From: Gekko japonicus
Taxonomy: Eukaryota
Reading direction: 5' to 3'
Length of the DNA stretch: 64,000 nucleotides
NCBI RefSeq assembly: GCF_001447785.1
Contig: NW_015161507.1
Location: 95,555 to 159,554 of the forward strand
Below the pieces are notes generated by a model, which was not told where the DNA came from, made no database searches, and saw only the letters and a program-made list of their open reading frames with translations. Positions 36,525-49,280 of the stretch are shown piece by piece (the stretch's first letter is position 1; each line of letters starts with the position of its first letter). The position numbers were made by a program, and so were the translations under genes.

Positions 36525-37621
36525 TAATCATTCCACTGAAGAGCTATTGACAATGAAATGGGATGAAAATGGGTTTTCAAGTAATGATGGCTGGGTCAGG
36601 GACCAATGCAAATTTCTCCACAGTTTGGTTTTTAAGTCTTAGTCTTCACGGTCAACTCAAAGTGAAATGCCTGTGTTAAGTTTTTTAAAAACTCAACTTC
36701 AGCTAACCTCTTTGAAAACTTGGCTTTTAAAAAATTAGGTCAGGGCAAGTTGGTCTGTAGCTAAGAACTGCATATCAAATGAATTCCCAAAACCTGACGC
36801 AGGCCTAACCAAGGATCAAATAGCTCCCCCCGCCCCCAACTAGACTGTTCTGGTAATAAAAAATCCCCTCCGGGGGGCTAAAAAAAAAAAAGATTGTTCT
36901 GGTAATCAGTGTCCCTTGAATTATGTGTATAACCTTGTTAGAGCTTTCTGAGTCTGTGTGTGTGGGGGATCGTAACCATTTTGTGGTACACTTTACTTGC
37001 ATTCTGACCTCACATTTAACCTTGGTTGAAGTAAAATGTCTGTGACCCCCCCCCCCCCCCTGCCCATTGCTGGCTTGTATGTGCCTTTTCCCTTCTCTCT
37101 TCTCTTTTCACACATCCAATTATTTGTCATGGCAGGGATGCTATTGGAAAATGAAAGAACCTCCCCCTTTCCTTCCCGAGTCTCTCCTATCTTTTCTGCA
37201 ATCTCCCCCAAATCTGTGATGTTTTGGGAAAGGTCACAGCAAAACCGGGATGGTCAGCATACAGATGGGATATTCCAGGTTCTCCTGGTCCCACCCACAT
37301 CGGTTTCTATTTTTTCCTGCCCCGTCTACACAATGGCCATTTCCCTCCCCCCCTGCCGTGGGGAGGTGCCTTTGCCCTCAGGTGGTACTTGAAGGGGGGC
37401 AACGGCCACTGCAGGGCTGGGGCAGGGGATCTGCAGAGAAACTCATTGTGTGGAAGCCCCATGTCAGTGTGTTGCATCAGCAGCCACAGCAATAATGGAA
37501 GAACCACAGGAGAGTGCCTCCATGTGGACAGGGCCAGAGTTGAACCCTTCTGAGACTCTTGAAGTCAGTGGGCTTAGAAGGGCTTGACTTTGTTTAGGAT
37601 TGCTCTGCAAAAGTCCCATTT

Positions 37622-38570
37622 TAGTCCGCAGGGTCAAAGCGATGGTATTCCCAGTAGTCATATATGGCTGCGAGAGTTGGACCATAAGGAATGCAGAGCA
37701 CCGAAGAATAGATGCTTTCATATTATGGTGCTGGAGGACTAGAGATGTGAAGGCCCGGGAAAAAAACTGAAAAATTCGGAAAAGAACTGTTTTTCGCCCG
37801 TTTTTTTCCTGAAGCTTTTTTGTTTTTTTCCGAAAAATTGGAAAAATTGAAAAAAGAAAAGAAAAAAATTGATTATGGAACATTTTATTTTATCATGATG
37901 AATAAAATATTTTAAGACAAGGTGTTCAAATATTTTTCAAATCATTTCTAATATATATATATATATGGTATCAGATTGATCTAATTTCTGTCCACTGAGG
38001 ACAAGCAAGTCCTAGGTTACAAACTGAACTCTCCAATGCAAGAACAAGATGCATTTCTTCCTTTAGGAGGTGCGATTGGCAGAAGAAAATAAAAAAGTTT
38101 CAGTTTTGTTTTTGCGTGTGGGCGGGTATTCTGTTTGTAATAATTGTTTGGACACACTATATTTTTAATATGCTAGTTGTGATAATTTCATGCCAAGTAA
38201 AAATGTCCATAGTCATATTTTATGTTCCTAAAGTAACAGAATGACTTTCAATCTAGAAAAGACAAAAGAAGTGCTAATGTAGCATTTTTTTCAATTTTTC
38301 CGAATTTTTCCATTTCCCCCCGAAAAAAAACGGGTTTTTCCCCGAGCTTCAAAATTTCCAGAAATTTTACATCTCTATGGAGGAGACTCTTGAGAGTCCC
38401 CTGGACTGCCAGGAGCTCAAATCAGTCAATCCTAAAGGAAATATCAACCCTGACTGTTCCCTGGAAGGCCAGACACTGAAGCTCAAATACTTTGGCCACC
38501 AAATGAGGAGGGAGGCCTCACTGGAGAAGACCCTGATGCTGGGAAAGGTTGAAGGTCAAAGAAGAATAAA
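37622..38570 (+). mobile_element. BovB/RTE fragment interrupted by a hAT element (37740-38377)
   Basis: VKAMVFPVVIYGCESWTI and LKLKYFGH..SLEKTLMLGKVEG are BovB motifs; insert has TIRs tagagatgt/acatctcta and TSD tggaggac/tggaggag. Confidence 0.88.
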
Positions 38571-40149
38571 TTTTAAGAAACATATAAAGCTCAAAAGACA
38601 CAGTGAACTTAACCCTTCCCATGCCTGTCACTGATATCTTCCTTTCCTAACTGCCTCACTACAAAAACCCACCAACCTAGCCTCAGTTTGTTTTTTGCCA
38701 TCAGGTTGTAGCTGACTTGATGCAGCCCCCCCTTAGGATTTTCAAGGCAAGGAGGTGCCCACCCTGCTTAGCTTCCAAGACCTGACAGCATAGGGCTAGC
38801 CTGGGCTCTCCAGGTCAGGGCAGGCATCTTGCTGAGCCCTGCCTCGAAAGATCTAAACCTGCACGTGAGTACGCACACACTTCCCCTTGGTGGGTTTGTC
38901 AACCTCCACGTGGAGCTTGGATTTCTCCCAGCACTGAAACTGATTTCCAGATGTAGATATCCGTTCCCCTGGCAATGGCATCTTTGGAGGGATAAATCTA
39001 TGGCATCACAACTCTGCTGACCTCCTTCCCCAAACTCTGCTCTCTCGAGGCCCCAGGAATTTCCCAACCCGGAATCGCACCCACCCCCCCCAGCCATGGT
39101 TTTGATCCGGAGCCTGCTAAAGTTGCCCTGGGGACCCAGTCATTCTGCCTCCAGAGCATGGGAACGTCCCGGCTCAGATGGAATCCATTTTGAAGCCAGG
39201 TGGACTTTAGCCAATAGAAAATAAGGGAGTTTGTGACACTCCTTCTGAGATGGATGTAGCGGACAGCGTGGGTCAACAAGACTTTGGAGTGCTTCGTCTT
39301 GGAAAACGCCGCAACTGCAGAAATTGAAAATAAGGATTCACCTGTTCTGAAGGCACTTTGTTCTCTAAGCACCATCAGATCTTGGGATTAATATATAAAT
39401 TGTGATGAAGGAACGCAAACAATTTTAAAACTTTGGGCCCATTTTAAAATGCCTTTTGCTATTATTTGCAGGAGATCAACGTAAGAGGGCTCAATAAAAG
39501 ACCACCCACCTGGATAAAAGAGAGGGAAGTCTGAAAGGACAATCCCAGAGTAACTCTGCACTGCCATCCAGTGGCTCGATATATGTATGCAGTCAGAAAA
39601 CGTTACTTTTAATAAAAAATTGGCTAGTGGAGTGATTTTGTAATAACCAAAATAGCTTGAAATGAAGAAATCTTTGGATGTAGATCTACAGAGCCTTAGA
39701 AGTGTTTTTTTTCCACCAAGGGTTTTCCTTAAGACGCAAAAGATATGGAATTTTTTGAGCGCTTGGAAGCTGAAGAAGACCAAAAAGCTCGCTATAATCT
39801 GTACTGATATTCTGCTAACTGAATGAAAGGCTTGCCTGGCATGATAATAAAACAGACAGCACAGCCTTGGGGAGCTGTTGATTCCTAGGAGGGCCTGCAA
39901 AGCCCATTCCAGGTCCCAGAATTCCTTTGAGCGGAACATCACAGAAGACCCCCTCCAGGCAGGGAAGTTGAAGGAAAGATTGCCCCCAGGGACTCTTTCA
40001 CTGAATGGGTACCTGAAGATACCCCAAACAGAAGAGGGGTGCTGAGGATGAAAAGGGGTACAAGAGACTGGGAGTCAGGCTGACCCCTGCTACCCCAAGA
40101 GGCAAGGAGTCCCCGATAGCAGAAGAGGAGAAGAACCACGATGAGGGAT

Positions 40150-40350
40150 CCGCTCAGGCTTGGAAAGTGGGAAAAGATTCACAGGAAAAAGTCGCCTCAC
40201 TTCACATGAAATAATTTGCACACAGGATAAACCATAGAAATCCTAAATGTGTGGGGAAACGTTTCACTCCATGAAATATATGCTGATTTCTCATCAAAGC
40301 ATTTATGCATAGGGGCAAAAAACCCCATATAAATGCCTGGAGTGTGGAAC
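40150..40350 (+). pseudogene. Decayed zinc-finger exon remnant (probably gene 3)
   Basis: ESGKRFTGKSRLTSH..QDKP* and [12 protein letters not shown] with stops and frameshifts. Confidence 0.65.
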
Positions 40351-42117
40351 AAACAGCCATAAGACAACACTGGATTAGGAACATTTTCTTGCTCACGGGC
40401 CTCGCCTGGCTTTCTCTTTTTGTTTAACCGTTGACTGTCTTTTTTCCAACTGTCTTTTTCACTGTTGAAATGCTCTCTTTAAGAGTTAACCCAAGAGAAG
40501 GTGCTGTCCTAGAGAGGCAAATGGGGGAGGGGACCTAGGAAAGCGACTTCCTGTTTGCCTCCCCTACTTGAAGCCACCTCTGAGTCTCCTGGGCTGCTGT
40601 CTGATTGGCTGGGAGGCATTTGGTGGACTCAAAGAGGCTTCGGGGGAGTGCTGAACAAAGTCTGAATCCAGTGGCAGCTTTAAGACCAACAGAGTTTTAT
40701 TCATGGTATAAGCTTTCATGAGCACACACACTTCCTTAGAGGAGGAAGGGCTGTAAACACAGGATGGAAAGTAGAGACAAAGGAATTGGGTAAGCAGGGG
40801 ATGAGAGAGCCCCTCCCCCCCAGTTCTCCCCTGAGATCCCGACTCCTGCATCAGCAGGAGTCTCTTGGCTTCTTTGTGCAGAGCAACAAGGCCTCTCCAA
40901 AGGTGTGAGGTGTAGCAGCCCAAACTGGACCCTTTGAAGGTTGGTTGGGACTCAGGTGGCTTCCAGCTGCATAGGGGCACGTTGAGGAAGGGGGGGGCTA
41001 GGGGGAGATTTTGGTTGGGGAAAGAAGGAGGGAGCAGACGCAGGAGGGGTGGAAGTGATGGGGGATTGAATGGGGTGTATTTATTTAAAACATTTTTATG
41101 CCACCTTTTCATCTGATCAGGGTCCCCAAGGCGGGGCACATGCAAAAACGTTAAAACATTTGAATAATTACAAACATTAAAAACAATACAATAATTCAAA
41201 TAAAAACAAATAAAACAAACAACACCAGAACCAGGGAGAAGGGTCAGTTACAGTTATTAGGCATATACCAGATGAAACAGGAAAAAGTATCCACCTGCTG
41301 GCCAAACACAGAGATAGAGGAGTTCCGAAGTTTTCATGCCATGGCTGAGAGAGCCCTTTTTCGGGTCACCAGCCATCTAGCCTCAGATGGTGTGGGGCAA
41401 CCAAAGGAGTGTTGGGTGTTACAAGATAAAACACTGTTCAGTATTTACTGGGTTAATGATGTTTGTTAAGTTACATGTTTGTTTATAACCAATCAGTTTA
41501 GAGAGTTAGAAAGCCCGGTAACTTCAGATCTAGTTTGTTGTTCTGATTGGAGACCAAAGTGCCAAGTATTAGCATTTTATGGTTCTTTGTCCTGAGCAAG
41601 AAGAAGTTAGTCTTCACTCTCTTCTGCCATGTTCTGTCTAGCTGTAAGGATGTAGGAATATTAGCTCTTTGTTATTTTACATCCCGTGTACCTTTTCCCC
41701 ATGCTAGGTTGTAGTAAATGTTTATATTTAAACACACCATGGACTCTGCCTCTTTAATACTCTGCTGATTACTCTGCTGATTCATTTTAAAATTAAATAA
41801 TAACCCAACAGGTTATGGTAGCCCAGGCTATGCTTTCCTAGCCGCGTGCATGGTGGGGGGCAACCAAAGGAGGGTCTCCGAGAATGACTGGAGTGAACCG
41901 GTAGGTTCATATGAGAGAAGATGGTCCTGGAAGTAGGTTAATCCCAGGCTGTAGAAGGTCAATACCAGCACCTTGGACTGAGCCTGGAAGCAAATTGAAA
42001 GCCAGTGTAGACGGAAAAAGACTGTTCCATCTGCAATCTTTTGGGGGGTGGGGAGGGAGAAATGCATGGGCAGCAGTAAAAACGGCTTCCCAGCCTCTTT
42101 CTTGTTCTCCCTTCCAG

Positions 42118-42203
42118 GCAGCAGTGAAAGGACACCCTTGACGCCTTCTCCACCGTTTCCTTTGTCCGGTGAAGGGAAAAGAGCTGCCATGGAGCCATCT
42201 CAG
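42118..42203 (+). CDS. ZNF gene 4: short exon ending MEPSQ (start or linker exon)
   Basis: Acceptor ttgttctcccttccag; strong Kozak gctgccATGG at 42189; phase-0 donor cag|gtacgg matches the KRAB-A acceptor. Confidence 0.7.
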
Positions 42204-44385
42204 GTACGGGGTGGGGTGTGTGTGTCACTGGGGAGATGGGCAGAGGCTGGCAGGATTGCCTCCTTCACAGAGGATCAGGCATCTTGCACTTGGTTCTGGA
42301 GGATATCAAGGCTGCTCTCTAGGAAGAAGAGGAAATTGTCACACCCGGTGTGGGATTGTGAAGTCTGCAAAAATGTAAACACTGCATAGCACAGTAGCAT
42401 TTAATTGTATCGATTTAAAACCCAAACCACATCCTGCAGATTGAACACTAGATATATGGTATCAACATAACTGCAGAAGATGAATACCAGATGCTGTGCA
42501 TGAAGACAAATATGAACTAAAGAAGCAATCATTCCTTATGGAAAGAGCAAAATAATTTTCAGTTTCGTGTAACCCTTCCCCCCCCAAGTGGCCAGGGGCC
42601 ACTTCCTCATTGGGGTCTCCCCATCACCCACATCTCCAGCACAGAGAACTCTACAACCAGGAATGGCAGGGATGTCATTTTACCTAATCCTGACTTGGAT
42701 GGGTACTCAAAGGTTGGCTGAGAGAAAATTAAGAGAAATGTATTAAACAAAATATATGTGTTTATTACAAAGTGCACGATAACTCTGCTTTAAAAGCATA
42801 GGCACATTCTACCCTAGAAGCAGTGAATATTTGAACTAAGAAGTCCTGAATCTTTATAACATGATGCAATCCAATATTGTCTCATGTCAACCTTGAACCA
42901 CATCAAAACAAGACCAAACATGTTCCAGCCTTCGCCCCGTCCTCAGTGGTCACATTATTGTATCCATGCACACAATGACATATAAACGTGTGTTAGTGCC
43001 AAGGGAAGTTTATTATAAGACATTTCAAATATTCTGTGTGGCATAAGAACTAGGTAGCATGGAAGGTTTTCTTAAACTTTTCAGCACACACATCCAGGGA
43101 ATTCGGATTCAGTAACTCCTTCTAATCATGGCTATCAAAATCCTCAGTGTGTGTGTGTTAGGGATAGGCATGAACTGGGGAAACCAAGGTGCATGAAGGT
43201 TCGTGGAGTTGCACGAAGCTTCACGAGCCTCCTTGTTTACTCCACTGGTTCGTTTTGTGAGGTTCGTGATGCAATAGAGCAGGCCCCCCTGTGGGCTACA
43301 GACACCAAACTTACAGTGAGTCTCCAGCTGGTTCTCGTCTACCTGCCCTCTAAGTTCAGTGAGGATTGAATTTACGGGGTCCAAGTTATGCCCCCCCCAA
43401 GAAGGTGCCCCCCCGGAAAGTGCTTTCTGGGGAAATGACAGGCAGAGGTTCTGGAGTGTATAGAATGTGCCCTGTGTTAAGGTAGAGACATCCAACTCGC
43501 AGGGGACTTCCCCCTGATGCTCCTCTACTTACCCCCCCCAAGTTATGTGCAGATTGAACGTTGAGGGTCTGAGTTATTGCCCCCCAAAGAAGACACCCCC
43601 AGGAAAGTGCTTTTGCAGGAAATGTCAGGCACAGGTTCAAAAGTGTATAGAATGGACCCCTTGCAAGCTACATGCACCCAATGCACAGGGAACCTCACCC
43701 TGCTACCTACTCCTCTACAATCTCTTCAGGTTGGAGGCGGATTATATTTCTGGAGTCCCAGTTACCTACCCCAAAAAAGTTCTCCCCAGTACTCTCTGGA
43801 AAAGACAGCTGCAGTTACAGGAGTCTATGGAAAACAAAATTTGAGTCCAGTGGCACTTTTAAGACCAATAATTTTTTTTCGAGGTATAAGCTTTCATGTG
43901 CAAGCACACACGGGCTTATACCATGTATAAAATTTTGTTGGTCTTAAAGGAGTCTATAGAAGAGCTCAGGAAGAAGCCAGTGACACCAAACTCACAGGGA
44001 AACTTTACCTGGGCAGACGCCCTCCCCAGCCAGACACTGGAAACAAGGCAAACATCCCCCCCCAAGTCTCGAAAGGCAGGTTCTGAAGGACAGAAAGGCA
44101 GACATCCCCCAGAGTTTCAACAGGGGATCCGCAAAGTAACCTCACGGCAGCTTGGCAGGCACCCTAGACCCACAACAGAAGGGAATGTAATAAAAGGAAT
44201 GACGGGATTGCCCATTGGAAACAATGGGACAGGCTTGAAGGCCCATTAGAGATAATGGGAGTCAAGCATGCGTGTTCCATGCTTGCCGGGTAACCTTTTC
44301 CCTACCTCACGAAGCTGTTGTGAAGGTAAAGTTTCCTTGTCAGAGTGTGGATTTGAATCTGGGTCTCCCAGAGCCTAGCCTGACA

Positions 44386-46257
44386 TTCTCCCTCTGATGT
44401 GGAGGACATCCTGTGTGGGTGATTCCCATCCATCTTCAAGGGAGGCAGGAACTTACTAAGAACTTCCTGTTTCCTGTGGTGGGAGTCACCCCTACTCCAG
44501 TTCGTTTCCTGCCTCAAGAGGGAGAGCAGCTAGTTTAGGCTTTGCCTGCACTGATCTTGCCTTTGTCCTTTCTAACCTTTGTTCTTCCCTTCTTTTCCCC
44601 TTTAGGTATCTCAACCTCCTTTAGGCATTTCATCCTCCTTTGATCTTAAATCCTTGGTTCTTCCTTTCCAAAAAAAAAAAAAACAACAACCCCCCCCCTC
44701 TCCTTCTCCCATTTCGAAGCCTGAGCTCCGCTCCAGGTTTTTCCTCCTGCCGCATCTCTCCTCCTCCTATTTCGAAGCCTGAGCTCCGCTACAGGTTTTC
44801 TCTTCTGCCGCTGAGCCGCGGAAGCCGAGCAAACACTCCGTGAGCCATGGAAAGGGCCGCGGAAGACGACGGCTTCCTTATCCTCCCGGGAGCAAAGACG
44901 AAGACCGCGAAAGGCAAGCGCGCGGCCGCGAATGCCTACGGAGAGCCGCCGATGACCCGAAGCGCGAAGAGAGACGCGAGAGGAGCCTCGGCCTCGGGGG
45001 TCGCGGCGGCCATTTTGAAGGCGCCTTTGTCTGGCGCGATCGGCTCGGGGGGCGCTTCGACTGGCCGATCCCCACCGAAATCGCCCGCTAAGGCACATGG
45101 GCGACTCTTGGGCTCTGCTGCGGCACACGAGCACATCCCCGGCCCGGCTACGGCCCATGGGCACCTAAAGGGCTCCGCCACGGCAACCAGCCACCGGGAT
45201 GCCGGGACCTCGACGCATGGTGGAAGCGGAGAGGAGGAGGAGGAGGAGGAGGATGACGGCGCCGAGGACGTGGACGGGACCGAAGGAACCAGGACTGGTG
45301 ATGTACCCCCCCGCGGCCCCCCCTCCCTAACCCCAGAGGCCATGGAATTTTTGCGCCAAACCATAAGGGCAGAGATGGGTCGGGAAAAAGGGGGCAAAAA
45401 GAGACCTAGGCTTCCTTCCCCAGACCCCAACTGGCCAACACGCCCCGCCCCCCGGCCGCCTAAGGCACCGAGGAATAGCCACAGGCCACATGTGGTCCTC
45501 CAGGACCGGGAAGAGGGGGAATACAGTCCACAGGACTCCAGTGTAGAAGGGGAGGAGGAGGACGAAGATGAAGAGGAATTTTCCTCAGGGGAGGAGGGGG
45601 AGAAGGCCCCGAGACCGCCTCCACAAGATCAGTCACACCGCTTCTTCCAGGCGGAGGACTTCCCATATCTCCTATCCAAAACCTTATCCGCCTTGCATAT
45701 TCAAAATGCCAGAAGCGCACCACTGGACACTAAGGACGGGGTAGACGAGGGGGAGGGGGATGAGGTAACAGCCGAATTTTTTCCACCTGTGGATTACTCC
45801 GAGCTAGCCTTCCCCTTTCCGGCCTTTTACGTAAGAAAAATCAAATCTGAATGGGAGAGACCCATGTCCTATAGATCATACCCCGCATCACTTAAGAAGC
45901 TATACCCCACCACCTCCGCAGCGTCTAAGATGCTCAAGCTGCCAACGGTTGACGCACCAGTGGCAGCCCTCCACTCATCTAACCTGGTGTCGGAGGAAGG
46001 TCAGGGAAACCCCCGCAATGGCATGGATAAGAAAGCTGAGCTAATTCTTAAGAAGGCCCACGAGGCAACCGCAATGGCCATTAAATCCTCGGCGGCGGCA
46101 TCCACAGTCTCAAGGGCGGCTATAGTCTGGATGCGCAAACTGATCCAGTTATTACCAGAGAATGACGCCAGACTGATGGAGGGGGCTTCTAGGGTACTAA
46201 AAGCCATTTCCTATACAGCAGACGCCACCCTGGACTCAATGGTTTTCTCATCGCAAG
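44386..46257 (+). mobile_element. 3'-truncated DIRS1-like tyrosine-recombinase retrotransposon with open gag/ORF1 (44847-46295)
   Basis: LPTVDAPVAAL..DKKAELILKKAHEA..A..AAST resembles the DIRS1 gag/LAP2alpha-like domain; DIRS-like left terminus ttctccctctgatgtggaggacatc; CpG-rich. Confidence 0.78.
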
Positions 46258-46300
46258 CAGAGTGTGGATTTGAATCTGGGTCTCCCAGAGCCTAGCCTGA

Positions 46301-46564
46301 CATTCTGACTACTACACCACACATTTTGATTCCTCCTCCCCATCCCCAGTACAGCAGTTCTGGGAATGGGAATATGTTGATTCCCCTATGACACTCTAGG
46401 GGAATCTTCCCCACAGTAGTTCAAGACCCTCCCATTCTGACTACTACACCACACATTTTGATTCCTCCTCCCCATCCCCAGTACAGCAGTTCTGGGAATG
46501 GGAATATGTTGATTCCCCTATGACACTCTAGGGGAATCTTCCCCACAGTAGTTCAAGACCCTCC
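46301..46564 (+). repeat. Exact 132-bp tandem duplication
   Basis: Units start at 46301 and 46433. Confidence 0.92.
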
Positions 46565-47944
46565 TTGGGCAGATCTGGTAACTTGGGGCAGCAGAAAGCA
46601 CACCTTACAATACAAGTTGGGGGCTTCTTTAGTGGACAGGCAGCGGCAGCTTCCTTGTAATCTTGGTGTCATTTGGTTGAAAGGCAGCCACTCCGGCACC
46701 CCTACCCTCCCAAAAAAGTCCCCACGGGGAATAATGGAACCAGAATAATTCCAGAATTCTGGAGAAAACCGAATCTGAATCCTGCAATGATATCAGGGAA
46801 CTTGAATACCATTGAATACTGGTATTAATGCCCAAAATCTGTGCTGAAAAATACCGTGCTTTTTTTTCCAGCTGCACATCCGTAATGCCTGGGATCTGCC
46901 TCCCCATTGACCAAGGAAACCTTTTAAAAGTAGATAAAACATACCAGGGAGCATTAAAATGCTGGCCCTGGGTAGTGCTGAATATTTTTGGGAAATCTAT
47001 GGGACCCAGATAACCGGCATTTCAGAGAATCCCAAACACCCTCCAGTTACCCAAATATACCCAGGAATACCAATAAGGTACCAGATATATCTGAGCACAC
47101 ATCCCTATCAACTGTACACCGGCCCTTGGTCTGAAGACGCATGCTTTAGCTAGTCTGGAAGAAAATTCAACATGAAATGAACATTAAACCTGGCACCAGT
47201 TCAGTCTAGGAATAAAGGATGTGTTGATGCTTATTTGATTTTTCTGCGGTTGTAATTCAACTGTACTCTTCCTCTTTGGAGTCTGTAGAATTCAGGCATG
47301 GATATTCTTGTTTCTAAAACTGGACCTGTTTGGTCTCTGTACCCATAAATCGTCTCCTGCCTTGGCCTGCCTTCCAACAGCATAAGCAAGGAGTGCCTGC
47401 TTAGTTTCTCCATGCAGCAGATAAATCTAAAGGGCTCAGACTGAGAGATGGCCATTCCCTTAGGCATTTCCCGGGCTGCAGCTGTTAAAGGAGTCAAGTC
47501 CTGCTGTTCCTGGCTGTCAAGCCCTGCTTCTGAGGCCACGTCGGGGGCAGGCATGACAAAGCCTGCCTCAGTCTCCAGCACTTGTGCCCTTTCTTGGGGG
47601 AGAGACTCCATGAGAGCCCCCTCCTCGCTTTGCTCTGCCGAGCCACCAACTTTGCGCAGAGTTGGTGGCACTGGCTGCTCTCCCAAGAGAAGCTTTGCAC
47701 TGATGCACACAAACGCCCACCCCTCTGGACGGCTCTTTGGCCAAACAATATCCTTTCATGCTTCCAAGAGGGCTGAGGGCTCCGGACGTTTGACACGAGA
47801 AAGTCCCAGTGAACACCTTGAAATTTGCCGCCGCCGCCGCCAATGCATGCATAAAATAGATCGGGCTGCAGAAAAAATAAAGGAACAATGATTGGCTGCT
47901 GGTGTTGGGCCTCCCATTTTTAAAAGTCCTTCTTCTTCTTCCAG

Positions 47945-48071
47945 GGCGGGGTGTCATTTGGAGAGGTGGCTGTGTATTTCACCCAGGGGGAGTGGATCCT
48001 GCTGAGCTCAGGCCAGAGAGCTCTGTACAAGGAAGTCATGTTGGAGAATTTCAGGAACGTGGCCTCCCTGG
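47945..48071 (+). CDS. ZNF gene 4: KRAB-A exon
   Basis: [42 protein letters not shown]; 127 nt, canonical sites. Confidence 0.93.
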
Positions 48072-49187
48072 GTAAGGATTCTCTTCTCCGTGGCCACCAT
48101 GCTCTGAAGAGTGGGTGCTTCCACTTCTCGGTCCACTGTAAGGACATCATTAATGAGGAATGTTATGGTCAGGCCCATTGACTATCCTTTGCCCTCCTTA
48201 TACAGTTCTGGGAAGGGTTCGGGGTTCTCATCGCAGAGAAGGGACCCCTGACTAGTGGTCCTGTGCCTGAGCATCAGAAGAGGTGGGTGTCCAGTGAGAC
48301 TTCATTTGGCAAGGGAGGGTGCTCCCCTCCTGTCTGGAAAGAGGGTCAGAGCTCTGAAGCAGGAGAGGGAGGAGGGATGAACATAGAGGTAAGGTGTGGG
48401 GAAGAAAAGTAGAAGGGGAGAAAGCAGGACATACTCTACCTTTCTTAGAAAAAGTGTCTTAAAATGGTGGGGAAATGTCCAGGGAAGAAAACCACCTGAA
48501 AAGCAGAGGTCTTGGGGAGACCGTCGTATACTTTTCTCCTTGACTATTACAAAGAGGAGGTATGAAGGGTCTCTTGTGGGGGACCTGAGTGACAAATGCC
48601 CATTGGCCAGAGCCCCTCATGGAGTGGATGGGATGATTGTCAGCCCTGTGGAAATCTTAACGAGGAAGGAGATGATCAAGTATTTGATGAGGCCAGTCTG
48701 AATTGTTGGGGACATCTTTGAGAGGCATAGAATGCCTCGTCATTGTCCTGTTATGGACCAAACACTGACCATCAGTAATAACTGTGATGCATTTTGGGAG
48801 TGGGGCCCTGGAGCTCCACATCATAGCTGCCTCAATAGAGGAGTGGAAGTGTTCTGCCTGTTGTGATGCCAATTTATTGCATCTGGGTTGATAGAAGATA
48901 GAGTCAAACATCTCTCTGGCTTTGGAGGGTCCTGGAATCCAAGGAAGTTTTAAAGCATTGTACCCTGTGGGGGGACTCTTGGGGTAAGAACACCCCTGGT
49001 TTCCCTTCTGTTTCTTAGTTTCTTAGTTCCCATCTGGGCAAGCAGCAGGTCCCTATCTGACAAAGCCAGACAGATTAGCTGTGGTCTAGCTGCCACAGTT
49101 GTGGAGGAACAGAGTCAAGGTGGCCTTGGACTATTTGTTCGCACAGGGAAGAGCCCTAATTGTTGTTTTGTTTCCTCCTCAAAAAAG

Positions 49188-49280
49188 GACCTGCGGTTGG
49201 CAAACCTGACTTCATATCCTGGCTGGAGAAAGAGGAAGAGCTCTTTCTCCATGACTCTGACAAAAAGGAGAGATTGACAG
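49188..49280 (+). CDS. ZNF gene 4: KRAB-B exon
   Basis: GPAVGKPDFISWLEKEEELF; 93 nt, phase 1-1, donor acag|gtatgt. Confidence 0.88.
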
